NCBI GenBank assembly: GCA_034670305.1
Contig: JAXMNT010000027.1
Location: 39,125-103,124 of the forward strand
Source: Deltaproteobacteria bacterium
Lineage (GTDB): Bacteria > Myxococcota_A > Polyangia > Polyangiales > Houyiibacteriaceae
DNA length: 64,000 bases
Reading direction: 5' to 3'
The position numbers and the translations under genes were made by a program. Below the pieces are notes generated by a model. That model saw only the letters and a list, made by a program, of their open reading frames with translations, had not been told where the DNA came from and did no database searches. Shown in pieces: positions 20,813 to 30,400 of this stretch (within the stretch, counting starts at the first letter, position 1; every line of letters starts with the position of its first letter).

Positions 20813-21146
20813 CCAGGTGGGGAGGAGGCCGCAGGCCGGAGGGGAACCCTTCCCCCTCAAGAAGTCTGGACGCCGAATTAGGGCCCAGTCTCGCGAAGCG
20901 AGCCAGGCCCGAACAGAGGCCTGCGAGAAGGCATCTCCGCGTGTGCACCTGCGCAGCCCGCAGGGCGAGCAACTGGTGCACTCCCCAAGTGAGTCGTAGA
21001 GGCGGCAGGAGTGCATCGACCGCGCGCAGCTGCCAAGAGTTCTAGGTGCCTTTTCAGTGCACCCAATGAACAGGCAGCGAGCACGTCGATGTGCTCTGGA
21101 CGCCGAATTAGGGCCGCCAGTCTCGCGAAGCGAGCCAGGCCCGTAG
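20813..21146 (-). repeat. Composite intergenic repeat, minus-strand order A-C-A-B
   Basis: A 21098-21146, C 20929-21094, A' 20868-20911 (3-nt deletion), B 20813-20863. These are reverse complements of the modules at 3498-3768. Confidence 0.9.
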
Positions 21147-21176
21147 CGCAAATAGGGAAGTGGTAGCTTCCGGGCC

Positions 21177-23273
21177 GTGCGCAGGAACCTCTACCTCCAC
21201 TACTTCGGTGACCGCGGCCGGCTGCACATCTCGGAGTCGCAGCTTCGCGAACTGATCGCAGAGGAGAGTGGGCCCGCTCGACGCCTCGACGAAGCAGGCG
21301 ACGGGTTCTCGCTCAGCTTCGACGACGCGCACGCGTCCTTGAACGAAGTCGCGCCGCTGCTGCGCGCGCTCGAGGTCCCCGCGACCGTGTTCGTGCCGAC
21401 CGCCTACGTCGGCAGCAGCGAACACTTTCTGACGTGGGACGACCTGCGCGCGCTTCGCGACCAGGGCTGGACCATCGGAAGCCACTCGGTCAGCCACGCG
21501 CTGATGTCATGGCACCACGCGCATGAATCCTCGGCCGAGTATGCGGCGCGACTCGACGAGGAGTGCGGCCGCTCCCGAGAGACGCTTCAGCGCGAACTCG
21601 GCATCGCCGCGGATCTGTTCGCGTACCCCTACGGCGATGCCTGCGACGCCGCGCGCGCAGCGGTGGAGCGGGCGGGCTACCGAGCGGCGTACACGGTCGC
21701 GTCTTCGATGGACTGGGACGGCGATCCACTCCGCACCCCGCGGCTGGATGCGTTGCCGGCGCCGCCGGTGAAGACCACCGAGCCGGTCGGGTTCACGGTC
21801 GTGGTGCCCGCCTACGAACGCGCCGAGATCCTGGCCGAGGTGGTCACCCGCCTGGCCTCTCAGAGCTATCCGGATACCCACTACGAAGTGCTGGTCGTCG
21901 ACGATGGGTCGTCGACCGACCTGCGTCCGATATTCGAGGAGATGCCCGCCAACGTCACGCTGCTGCGGGGCGATGCCGACGCGTCGTTTCGCGCTGGGCA
22001 AGCGAGGCAGTTCGGAGCGGACCGGGCGCGCTTCGAGTACCTGGCGTTTCTCGACGCCGACGTCGCCGTTGGCGAAGACTACCTGTGGCATCTGGATTGG
22101 GTGCACCGCCAAGCCGGCGAAGCGGTCGTGCTCGGCTACCTCAGCGGATACAACCTGCACGATCTCGAGCCGCTGACCGGCCGCACCGACAGCCACACCC
22201 TCGACAACGTCGCGCCGCTCGGCGCTCCGACGGACGCCCAGCGCGTGATCCTCGACCGCCAACGGGAGCCGCCGCTGCGCCGGTGCCTCGACAACCTGGA
22301 CTGGCTTCAGGACCCATGGCGTCTCTGTTACACCGGCAACCTCTCGGTGCCCAAAGCGCTCCTGGAACGCATCGGCGGCTTCGCCGAGGTGTTTCGCGGC
22401 TGGGGCCTCGAGGACGTCGACCTCGGCATTCGACTGCACGCGGCGCTCGAGGCCTCCCCCGCGAGCGGAGGGGGTCGCTGGGTGATGAGCCGGTGGGCGA
22501 TGGGGTGGCATCTGGTCGATCCCGAAGAAGAAGTCCGCAACCCGTTTCGCAAGCCAAAGCCCGTGCGCGCGGACTTCGAGCGGTACCTCACCAACCTCGA
22601 ACTCCTTCGCACCCGCCACCAGGACGACCCCACCGTGCAAGCGTTCGCCTCCGGTTCCCGGGCCGACGTCGAAGAGACCTGCTCGCGTCCAAAGACGGTC
22701 GGTATCGAGTGCGGCGGCCAGGCCCGCTTTCGATCGACCGTGCACCGAACGATGCATCGGGTTCAGCCGGGCGGCATGCCCACGAACGAACTGCTCGACC
22801 GGGTCGCGTACGGGAAGAAGGTCGGCGCCGAGTACGTGTACTTGCTCGGCGGTGAACCGGCGGAACGCGACGACTTGGCCTCCGTGCTCGAGGCCGCCTC
22901 GTTCGCGGACTGGATCTCGATGCAGTCCTCTGGCCACGCGCTGGCGGACCCGGCCTGCGTGGCCCGCTTGTCCGCAGCCGGCCTGCGCGGGGTGACGCTC
23001 TTGCTCTACACCCTCGACGAGACCATTCACGAGACCGTCTTCGGTGAAGCGGGCGCGGGTCTTCTGCGCACCGCGCTCGACGCGCTCGCCAGTTCCTCCC
23101 TCGAGGTGGACGCGCGCCTCGTGGTGATGCCCGACACCGTCGAGGGACTCGAAGCACTCGCCGCGGAGCTCGCGCGCCGCGGCATCGATGTGGGCGAAGT
23201 CTGCACGACCGACCCCGCGCTCGACGCCCGGGTGCGCGCGCTCGGATTCGACCCGATCCCTGCTGCCCCCTAG
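21177..23273 (+). CDS. Fusion: polysaccharide deacetylase + GT2 glycosyltransferase + degenerate radical SAM-like domain
   Basis: SFDD, GSHSVSH, FAYPYG (NodB); VVVPAYE, VVDDGS, FLDAD, WGLEDVDLG (GT2); LLGGEP, SMQSSG, AGLRGV (radical SAM barrel). Confidence 0.88.
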   Translation: MRRNLYLHYFGDRGRLHISESQLRELIAEESGPARRLDEAGDGFSLSFDDAHASLNEVAPLLRALEVPATVFVPTAYVGSSEHFLTWDDLRALRDQGWTIGSHSVSHALMSWHHAHESSAEYAARLDEECGRSRETLQRELGIAADLFAYPYGDACDAARAAVERAGYRAAYTVASSMDWDGDPLRTPRLDALPAPPVKTTEPVGFTVVVPAYERAEILAEVVTRLASQSYPDTHYEVLVVDDGSSTDLRPIFEEMPANVTLLRGDADASFRAGQARQFGADRARFEYLAFLDADVAVGEDYLWHLDWVHRQAGEAVVLGYLSGYNLHDLEPLTGRTDSHTLDNVAPLGAPTDAQRVILDRQREPPLRRCLDNLDWLQDPWRLCYTGNLSVPKALLERIGGFAEVFRGWGLEDVDLGIRLHAALEASPASGGGRWVMSRWAMGWHLVDPEEEVRNPFRKPKPVRADFERYLTNLELLRTRHQDDPTVQAFASGSRADVEETCSRPKTVGIECGGQARFRSTVHRTMHRVQPGGMPTNELLDRVAYGKKVGAEYVYLLGGEPAERDDLASVLEAASFADWISMQSSGHALADPACVARLSAAGLRGVTLLLYTLDETIHETVFGEAGAGLLRTALDALASSSLEVDARLVVMPDTVEGLEALAAELARRGIDVGEVCTTDPALDARVRALGFDPIPAAP

Positions 23274-23331
23274 GTTGCGCCCCCTTGCCGTTGCCCTCGA
23301 CCGTGCCCGCGGGATCATCAACACTGCCCAC

Positions 23332-23952
23332 ATGAACCGCTCCCTCTTGACGTGTTTGGTGTGTGTCTGTCTGGCCGGCTGCAGCGAATCGGTGGGCTTG
23401 GATGCTTCGGTCGATGGCGGCGGACGGGACGCGCCCGCGGTCGATGCGCCGATTGGACGCGACGCCCCGACGGAGGACGCCCCCCGCTTCGTGGACACCG
23501 CGGTGGCGATCGACGCTGGGACCGACAGCGGCGGAGACGTGGGCGAAGTGGATGCGATCTGCGCGGACGTGGAGCGGATCAACGAGTGCACCGGCGAACC
23601 GTTCGACTTGCGTGAGTGTCGTGAACAAGTCGAGTGTTTGTGGACGGCGATTCGGCGCGACGTGCTGGACGACATCGCGGCGTGTCAGGTGGAGGTCGCG
23701 TGCGCAGGCGGCGCCGACGACGCGTGTTTCGACGAGCGCCTCGGCTACGAACCGACCCGAGCCGCCCGCATGGCCCGCACCGCGTGCCAAGAGGTCGCCA
23801 GCCGCTGCGGCTTCGGTGCCGAGAGCTGCGAGCTCACGTTCTTCGACGACGACATGCAGGCCCAGTTCCAGTCCTGCTCCGGAGACTGCGACCGCTACTT
23901 CGGCTGCCTGGAAACGGCGATCAACGGAACCCTCGGCGGCTGCGAACCGTAA
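23332..23952 (+). CDS. Cys-rich lipoprotein
   Basis: CLAGC lipobox, DA-rich linker, Cys-rich helical domain. Confidence 0.8.
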   Translation: MNRSLLTCLVCVCLAGCSESVGLDASVDGGGRDAPAVDAPIGRDAPTEDAPRFVDTAVAIDAGTDSGGDVGEVDAICADVERINECTGEPFDLRECREQVECLWTAIRRDVLDDIAACQVEVACAGGADDACFDERLGYEPTRAARMARTACQEVASRCGFGAESCELTFFDDDMQAQFQSCSGDCDRYFGCLETAINGTLGGCEP

Positions 23953-23974
23953 CCACGTCTTCGTGGTTCGTGGC

Positions 23975-24009
23975 GGCCGCCAGTCTCGCGAAGCGAGCCA
24001 GGCCCGTAG
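23975..24009 (-). repeat. REP-like module A copy (partial)
   Basis: GGCCGCCAGTCTCGCGAAGCGAGCCAGGCCCGTAG, preceded by hairpin AACCACG-TCTT-CGTGGTT; between convergent genes. Confidence 0.9.
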
Positions 24010-24016
24010 CGGCAAG

Positions 24017-24745
24017 TCAAAACGACATGTGCATCTGGAGGCCGCCCACGTCGCGGCTCACCATCGGCGCGACCTGCAGCGTCGCGATGCCGTTGGCGCG
24101 GTACCACGCGCGGCGCTTGCGCAGACGCATCGGCAGCGCGAGTGACATGGAGAGGACGCTCAGGATGCCGCCCATGGTCATGAACGTCATGCCCGCGATC
24201 TCCTGACCGGAGAAGTCGCTCGACCCGAAGGAGTCGTAGCCCGTGATGAAGAGGGGGACGCCGAGCCCAATCGTCAGCGTGACGCCCGCCATCAAGAGGT
24301 AGAAGGGCATGCCCATCCTCGGCCGCCCCACCATCGACGGAGGTTCTCGCCGTGGAGGAGGTTCTCCTTGGGTGTAGGGCCGGTAACCGTAGGCCTGCAC
24401 CATCGGACCCTGGGGTGGACCCATCGGGGGTGGCGGCACGAGATCGGCGGAGCGCTCCGGCGCCACGTCAGGCCCCCGCTCGGCCAGCGTCTCTTCCGTC
24501 GAAGACGGGGTCACTTCCGCGACGCCGATCTCGACCCGCGCGATCTCCGCCTGCGCGATCGTGATCTCCTGCTCCGTCGCCAAGCGCAGCACGATTTGCA
24601 CGCCCGGTTCATACGAGACGAGTTCGCCCGCGATCGCGCTGCCGTCGCGCAAGTGCACGACGCCGCGATCGGCCAGTGCCGACTCGTTGAACCCGACAAT
24701 GCACAACAAGACCAAGAGTCCAAAGGAGAGCTGATGATGGCGCAC
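24017..24745 (-). CDS. Hypothetical exported/membrane protein
   Basis: Signal peptide, VHLRDGSAIAGEL beta domain, Pro-rich linker, two hydrophobic helices, C-terminal GGLQMHMSF. Confidence 0.8.
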   Translation of the reverse strand: MRHHQLSFGLLVLLCIVGFNESALADRGVVHLRDGSAIAGELVSYEPGVQIVLRLATEQEITIAQAEIARVEIGVAEVTPSSTEETLAERGPDVAPERSADLVPPPPMGPPQGPMVQAYGYRPYTQGEPPPRREPPSMVGRPRMGMPFYLLMAGVTLTIGLGVPLFITGYDSFGSSDFSGQEIAGMTFMTMGGILSVLSMSLALPMRLRKRRAWYRANGIATLQVAPMVSRDVGGLQMHMSF

Positions 24746-24785
24746 GCCTGAACTCTACCCGAACCACGCCCGCTTCGCCGTCTGC

Positions 24786-26168
24786 TCAGAACGTGCAGAC
24801 CCGCGTGCCGTCCCGGAGCTCGGAGCACGTGGAATCCGCGGGGCAGGCGAGTCGGTCGCACTGTTGCAAACACATGAACGGGTCGCCGGCGCTCGGCGAT
24901 ACACAGAGCGCGTCGGCTCCGCACACGCCCACAGGCAGGTTCGTCTCGGGCTGGCAGTCGACCAGCGTGCAGTAGCCGCGCAGGCAACGGCTCAGGCCAA
25001 ACGGGGAGTAGCACTGGCTGTCCATGCTGCACGCGCCGCCCATGGGTGTCGTGCCCGTCATGCGGTTGCCTGGTCGACACACCCCGTTGTTGATGCCGGT
25101 GGTCTCTCCGTCCCAGAAGCAGGTGTAGCCCTCGCGGCATCCGCCGTTGTTGCCCGGCCAGGTGCGGGGTGCGCCGGCGCCCTCTGCGATGGTGCATTGG
25201 GCCAGGCACTCCGGTGATGGCGACAGACGGTCGTAACACTTCGAACCATCGCGGCATTCGAACCCTGGCAGGTCGCAGCTGTACTGCACGCAGGTGCCGC
25301 CCACCCAATCCGGTTCGTCGGTTTCGCGTCGGCAGACTTGGAGGTCGCCGCAGTCGTAGTCCTGCTGACAGGGTTCGCCCGGAACGACCGCGAACGCGCC
25401 GAAGTCCTCGCAGCGTCCGGTCTCCGAGTTGCAGGTCGCCGTGGAGTCCGGGTCGTACGCGCGCTGATCGAAGTTCTCCGGGTCGTCACCGCAGAGGGCC
25501 GGAAAGTTGAAGCAGTCGGCGAACGTCTGGATGCCAGCGATGCCGTTGGTCTCCACGTTGCGGATGCGACAGCCGGTGTCGTCGAAGCACCCACCCGTGC
25601 AGCCCCGACTCTCGAGGCTGCAGGTGTAGCCCTCCCGGCAGCCGCCACCATCGACGAGCGACGGCATGCAGCCGCGCAGGCAGAAGTTGAGCTCGCCGCA
25701 GACCGCGCACTCACCGTCGCACCCATGAAACTCGCAGCCACCGCCCCCCGGGCGCGGCGTGCAGTAGCCACCCACGAAGAAGCTGAAGTCGAGGGGCACT
25801 CCGTCTGGAAGCCCCATCGTCATGTTGAGCTCGTCGTCGTACCGGCCATCGGCCTGGGGGAGGCACCGTTCGCTCACGGGGCAATCGTCGTCGTCCTCGC
25901 AGGCGATCCCCAGGTCGCCACAGATCGGATCGATGCCGCTGTCCGGCGGTGCGTCGATCGTGGCAGCGTCTTCTTCCACGGGAGCGTCGAGCGGTGAACT
26001 GTCCAACATCGCCGCATCGGTGGGATCGGAGGCGTCCACCCCCGCGTCCACCGCGGCATCTTCCGTGGGCGGATCTTCTTCATCGCATCCAACGGTCCCC
26101 AACAGGAGGCCACAACTGAGGATGCCGAACCCGAAGGTGCGGCGGAGGCGCGTGGTGATGCTCGGCAT
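24786..26168 (-). CDS. Large Cys-rich lipoprotein
   Basis: Lipobox TVGC, DA-rich linker, repeated GGYC/GGTC and GGCREGYTC units. Confidence 0.85.
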   Translation of the reverse strand: MPSITTRLRRTFGFGILSCGLLLGTVGCDEEDPPTEDAAVDAGVDASDPTDAAMLDSSPLDAPVEEDAATIDAPPDSGIDPICGDLGIACEDDDDCPVSERCLPQADGRYDDELNMTMGLPDGVPLDFSFFVGGYCTPRPGGGGCEFHGCDGECAVCGELNFCLRGCMPSLVDGGGCREGYTCSLESRGCTGGCFDDTGCRIRNVETNGIAGIQTFADCFNFPALCGDDPENFDQRAYDPDSTATCNSETGRCEDFGAFAVVPGEPCQQDYDCGDLQVCRRETDEPDWVGGTCVQYSCDLPGFECRDGSKCYDRLSPSPECLAQCTIAEGAGAPRTWPGNNGGCREGYTCFWDGETTGINNGVCRPGNRMTGTTPMGGACSMDSQCYSPFGLSRCLRGYCTLVDCQPETNLPVGVCGADALCVSPSAGDPFMCLQQCDRLACPADSTCSELRDGTRVCTF

Positions 26169-26180
26169 GGGCGGAGGCAA

Positions 26181-26196
26181 CGCAAGACGCGTGCCT
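26181..26196 (-). promoter_or_regulatory. sigma54 promoter (leftward)
   Basis: Minus strand AGGCACGCGTCTTGCG (GG-N10-GC). Confidence 0.7.
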
Positions 26197-26246
26197 CCGC
26201 GTGCGGCCCGACCCAAAGGCATTCTCGCGCAACGGGTGGGGTGGGC

Positions 26247-26294
26247 GTGCACACGATGTGCACTCTCGCGGATTCAGATGCGCGTCGTGTGCAC
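26247..26294. promoter_or_regulatory. Paired palindromic sites, putative activator-binding sequence
   Basis: GTGCACA-CGA-TGTGCAC (26247-26263) and a 14/17 inverted copy (26278-26294) between two divergent sigma54 motifs. Confidence 0.6.
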
Positions 26295-26335
26295 TTCCTT
26301 CGCCCGGTCCCAGCGCAGTGCGTGGGTTCCTTGGG

Positions 26336-26351
26336 TGGCACAGGCCGTGCT
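26336..26351 (+). promoter_or_regulatory. sigma54 promoter (rightward, toxin-like operon)
   Basis: TGGCACAGGCCGTGCT (GG-N10-GC; GTGC instead of TTGC). Confidence 0.65.
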
Positions 26352-26364
26352 CTGGGTGGGTGCG

Positions 26365-27423
26365 ATGGTCCGCCTCCAACTGCTTCTGGTGTTCCTGCTC
26401 CTCGCGCAAACCACGCGGGTGGCAGCGCATCGGACGTTTGCCGACGATCCCGATCTCGGGACGTCGACGCCGGTCGCGTGGCGGGGTCCCATCGTGCTCG
26501 AGGTGCCGGCTGACTTCTCGGAGTCGGCGATGGGTGCGCTCCAAAGCGCGGTCTCGGTGTGGGCCTCTGCGGAGTGCGCGCTCTTTGAGCTGTCGATCGA
26601 AACGCAGTCTGATCCGAGCGCGAGCGGCGATGGACACAACCACATCGTATTCGTCGAAGACCTCGACGACGACATCGGCGCGACGACCGACGTGCTGCTC
26701 GAGCGGGACGCCGACGGTTGGTTCATCGCCGAAGCCGACGTGTTCGTGGACGCGTCGGTGGCGTGGCGTGAGTTGGGGGCGTCTTCGGGCGCGTCGCTCC
26801 GCGATGCACTCGTGCACGAGCTCGGTCACGTGCTCGGGTTGCTGCATCCGTGCGAGGGGGGCGCCGCGTGTGAAGCGGAGCACGGCGACAGCGCGCTGTA
26901 CCCCGTGCAGCGTTCCACGGGAACCCTGACGTTGAGCGCGGACGACCAAGCGGGTCTCTGCAGCGTGTACCGGGGCGCCGAAGGGTGCACCGCGGACTGC
27001 GAGAGCGGACCCTGCGTGGCGGGCGTGTGCGAGGTCGCGTGCGCGGAGGTCGCAGACTGTGACGCGGACCAGGAGTGCGGCCCGCTCCACACCTGCCGAG
27101 CCGCGAGCGTGGATCGCGGCGCATGCGACCGGGGTGAAGACTGCGCCACGGGGTTGTGCGTCACGACCACGGACGCGAGCGCCTGCACGAACGAGTGTGG
27201 CGGATCCTTCGAGTGCCTCGCGGGCGAACAGTGCGAACTGGTCGGCGGCCATCGCGTGTGTGTTTCGGAGCCGGCGCCCGCGGGTGGCTGCGCAGCGGCA
27301 CCCACTCATCTCCGAGCGCAGCCGACTTGGCTCGCGCTCTTCGGCTGGCCGCTCTTGCGCCGCCCAACTTCCCGTCGGCTCCGCCGGCGATCGAAAGAGA
27401 ACAAACGATGGAGTCGACGATGA
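26365..27423 (+). CDS. Matrixin-like (metzincin) zinc metalloprotease with Cys-rich repeats and MYXO-CTERM-like tail
   Basis: Signal peptide, HELGHVLGLLH, LSADDQAGLCSVY, C-terminal GGC-hydrophobic-RR tail. Confidence 0.9.
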   Translation: MVRLQLLLVFLLLAQTTRVAAHRTFADDPDLGTSTPVAWRGPIVLEVPADFSESAMGALQSAVSVWASAECALFELSIETQSDPSASGDGHNHIVFVEDLDDDIGATTDVLLERDADGWFIAEADVFVDASVAWRELGASSGASLRDALVHELGHVLGLLHPCEGGAACEAEHGDSALYPVQRSTGTLTLSADDQAGLCSVYRGAEGCTADCESGPCVAGVCEVACAEVADCDADQECGPLHTCRAASVDRGACDRGEDCATGLCVTTTDASACTNECGGSFECLAGEQCELVGGHRVCVSEPAPAGGCAAAPTHLRAQPTWLALFGWPLLRRPTSRRLRRRSKENKRWSRR

Positions 27424-30400
27424 GTGTGGGGACCAACCGGGTGCGGTGGACAGGGATCTGTGCGTTGAGCGTCGTGCTCGCGACGTCGTGCATCGGCGAC
27501 ATCGCCGACCCAGAGCTGGACGTCGCATCGCTCGACGAAGCCAACGAACGCATGCGGCGCCGCATGAACATCCGCATCACGCGGGGCGAAGGCGACACGT
27601 TCGAAGAACGCGAACTGACGCCCGACGAGCTGGTCGGCGCGTTCGAAGAGCGTTGCGATGAACTCATCGGGCGCGCTTGCCTGGATGTCGGCGGCGACGT
27701 CTGCGATGCACTGCATTGTGGCAGCGAACGCAGCCTCTGCATCGCGAATGAGTTTCTGAACCTCACCACAGACACCGTGGAGACGATCGACCTCGAGGTG
27801 GATGGCGTACTCGGTACCTGGGACCTCCCGGCCCAGTCGGTCGGCGCCAAAGCGGCGCTGACGCAAGCGGCGCTCGATGCCGCTGGGTCGGGTGCCGACA
27901 GCGCGTATCAGTTGCTCCTGTTGTCCTACGTCTACCGGCAATCACCGCCTCCTCCGAGTCTTCGACGCTGTGCGCAGAATCCGATCGTGGAAGGTGGCGT
28001 CCGTCGCGACGAAGCCGCGGCCACCCTTCATCGCGCATTGCTCGACGTGGCGTTCGAGGCCGCGGAACAGACCAACCGCTGGTCGCTCGCGTTGGCCGAT
28101 GGGCAACACTCGGACCGACCGAACATCGACGAGTCGGCGCGGGACGCTCTACTTCTATCGGCAGGATCCCGCAGCTCGGCCGCCAGGGCTTGGGTGGACG
28201 GAGAGCCGGGCCTCGACGCGATCAACGAGGTCTCGGAATCCGGCTTTTGTCCCGAGCCACGCCTCTCCCCCGAGGCCCGGCGCGCTTTGGAGCTGTTCCG
28301 CCTCAGCGGCCTGCCCCCTGCGCGGGTGCTCGACTTCGACATCCCTCTCGCGGATCTGGTCGAACAGGATGTGTTGCCACGCCTCGCGCTCTTGCTCGGC
28401 GCGCCGCACCTGGACGCGCCCCCTCCCGACAGCATTTCCCTTGATGAGTTCCTCGAGGGTTTTGGTCTGGGCCGCGCAGCCGTGCTCGAGGCCAGGACGA
28501 TGCTCGCGGGTGAGATCCGGGCGCATGGTCGTTCGTTGACGGCTTTGGTGCCCGAAGACTCGGTCCCGGCCCTCGAGGGGCTCGACTACCACGCGGCGAC
28601 CGCGACTGCACCGCCGCCTCCGCTGGCGTCCTACTGGGCTGCGGTCGCCCGCTATCGAAAGCGGTTCGCCACGACAACGATCCCCGACTTCGGCAGCGCT
28701 GCCAGTGAGAACAGCGTCTCGAGCATCACGGCGGGCGTGGTGGGCCAGTCCCGGCTGCTCGCGCACCTTGTCAACGCCGATGGCTCCGAAGCGTGGGAAC
28801 GCCACGTCCAAGAAGTCTTCGCCACCACCTATGGTGACAACGCGGCGCTGCGGTCCGGCCTGGCCCGCGTGTGTGTGGGCAACTCGGCCGATCCGACCCT
28901 GCAGGTGCGTTTCGACAGCGACGTCCCCGGACAGACGGTGCGGGTGGTCCTTGGTCACGATGGACTCCAGTGCGCAGTCCGCGGCAGCGTGGATGGTGCG
29001 CCGTGCGACCTCGACCAACACATGCTCCCGGGCGCACTCGTCGAACGCGACAACGGTCTGCTGTCCCCCTACGCCCACCGCTACGCCGCGAACTTTGCGG
29101 ACGGTGTGGGTTCCGAGCGTTTCGAACACGCGGCAGACAACCCTCTGTACGCCAACGACGAACGTTTCGTGCTGCCCTTCTTTCTCGTCGCGGAACAGAG
29201 CGGTGATGGGCCAGGCGCGTACCGTGAAATCAGCGGCACGTTCGTCCATGTACCCAAACCGTTCGCTGCCTCGTCGGCTCGGTACATCTGCGACGAGTTC
29301 GCGATCGTGCCTGAAGCGGACCAGCGCGTGCTCGAAGCGCTCGCACCCAGCACTGGCTACTGTGGCGCCAGCGCCCAGAGTTGCGCGGGGATCCCAATCG
29401 ACCAGCGTCTGCCGCTCGAGAACGAGCTCATCTCGGACGGAGATGCGTTTGAGTCTTCGTGGCGCCACTACCTGAACCTGGCTCAAACCTCCGCCGAGCA
29501 TGCCGACCGACTCGGCGAGGACCTGATCCGAGCTGGGCTCGAGATGGATGTGCGTGCGGAACAGGCGATCGATGAGCTGGAAGAGCTGTGTGGCGTCTCG
29601 ATCAACGTGTCCGACATCGGAGCGATGGTTCCGCCCGGCTCGGACCCCGTCGAATATGCGATGACCATGGTCGACGACGCCGACCAGGCGCGGCTTGCCG
29701 CATGCCTCGGCGACAGCGCCACGGTGCCGTGGGTCACGCTTGGCGACCAGCCGATCTGCTTCACACACGACGGCACCCCGCAGTCCTTCTGCGAAGGCGT
29801 GGACGGGTGCCCGAGTCCGACGAGCGGCGCGTGCCCGACCGACTGGGTGAAGGCCGAAGCGCTCGGCTTCTTCACGCTCACCGAAGAGGGCGCCGCCGAC
29901 ATGGCGCAGGACCAGACCGTCGATCCTCCGCCCTGCGAACAGATCGCTGCCCTCGGGAACCTTCCGACCGAGGCGGCCCGGATCTCGGCCACGGACGCGA
30001 TCCTCGCGCACCCGATGTTCGAGCTGGACAACCTTCAGCGGCTCGCCCGGCAGCTCGGGTGGGAGGCGTACCCTGGCGACTACAGCACCGTCACCTTGGA
30101 CGGGTCGAACTGGCTCTCCACCGGCAACTACCTGGCGGAGCCCGGCGCCGGTGAACCGGCCTGGCCCTGCGGCGCATCTCCAGCGTCGTACGACTGCGAC
30201 GTGACCAACGGTGGGCTCTTTTGCGAGCAGCTCGGCGACGCGTGTCCTGGCGCTGGCGCGGACCCCTACTTGAACTCCAACCGATACGAGCGGGCGCGCA
30301 TGAACGACCGGCTCGCCCGTGCGGTGTTGGCCGCGAAGATCATCGCGGGTGTCGAACTCAACGACATCCGGGTTCCGTACTACCCGCGCACCAACACCCC

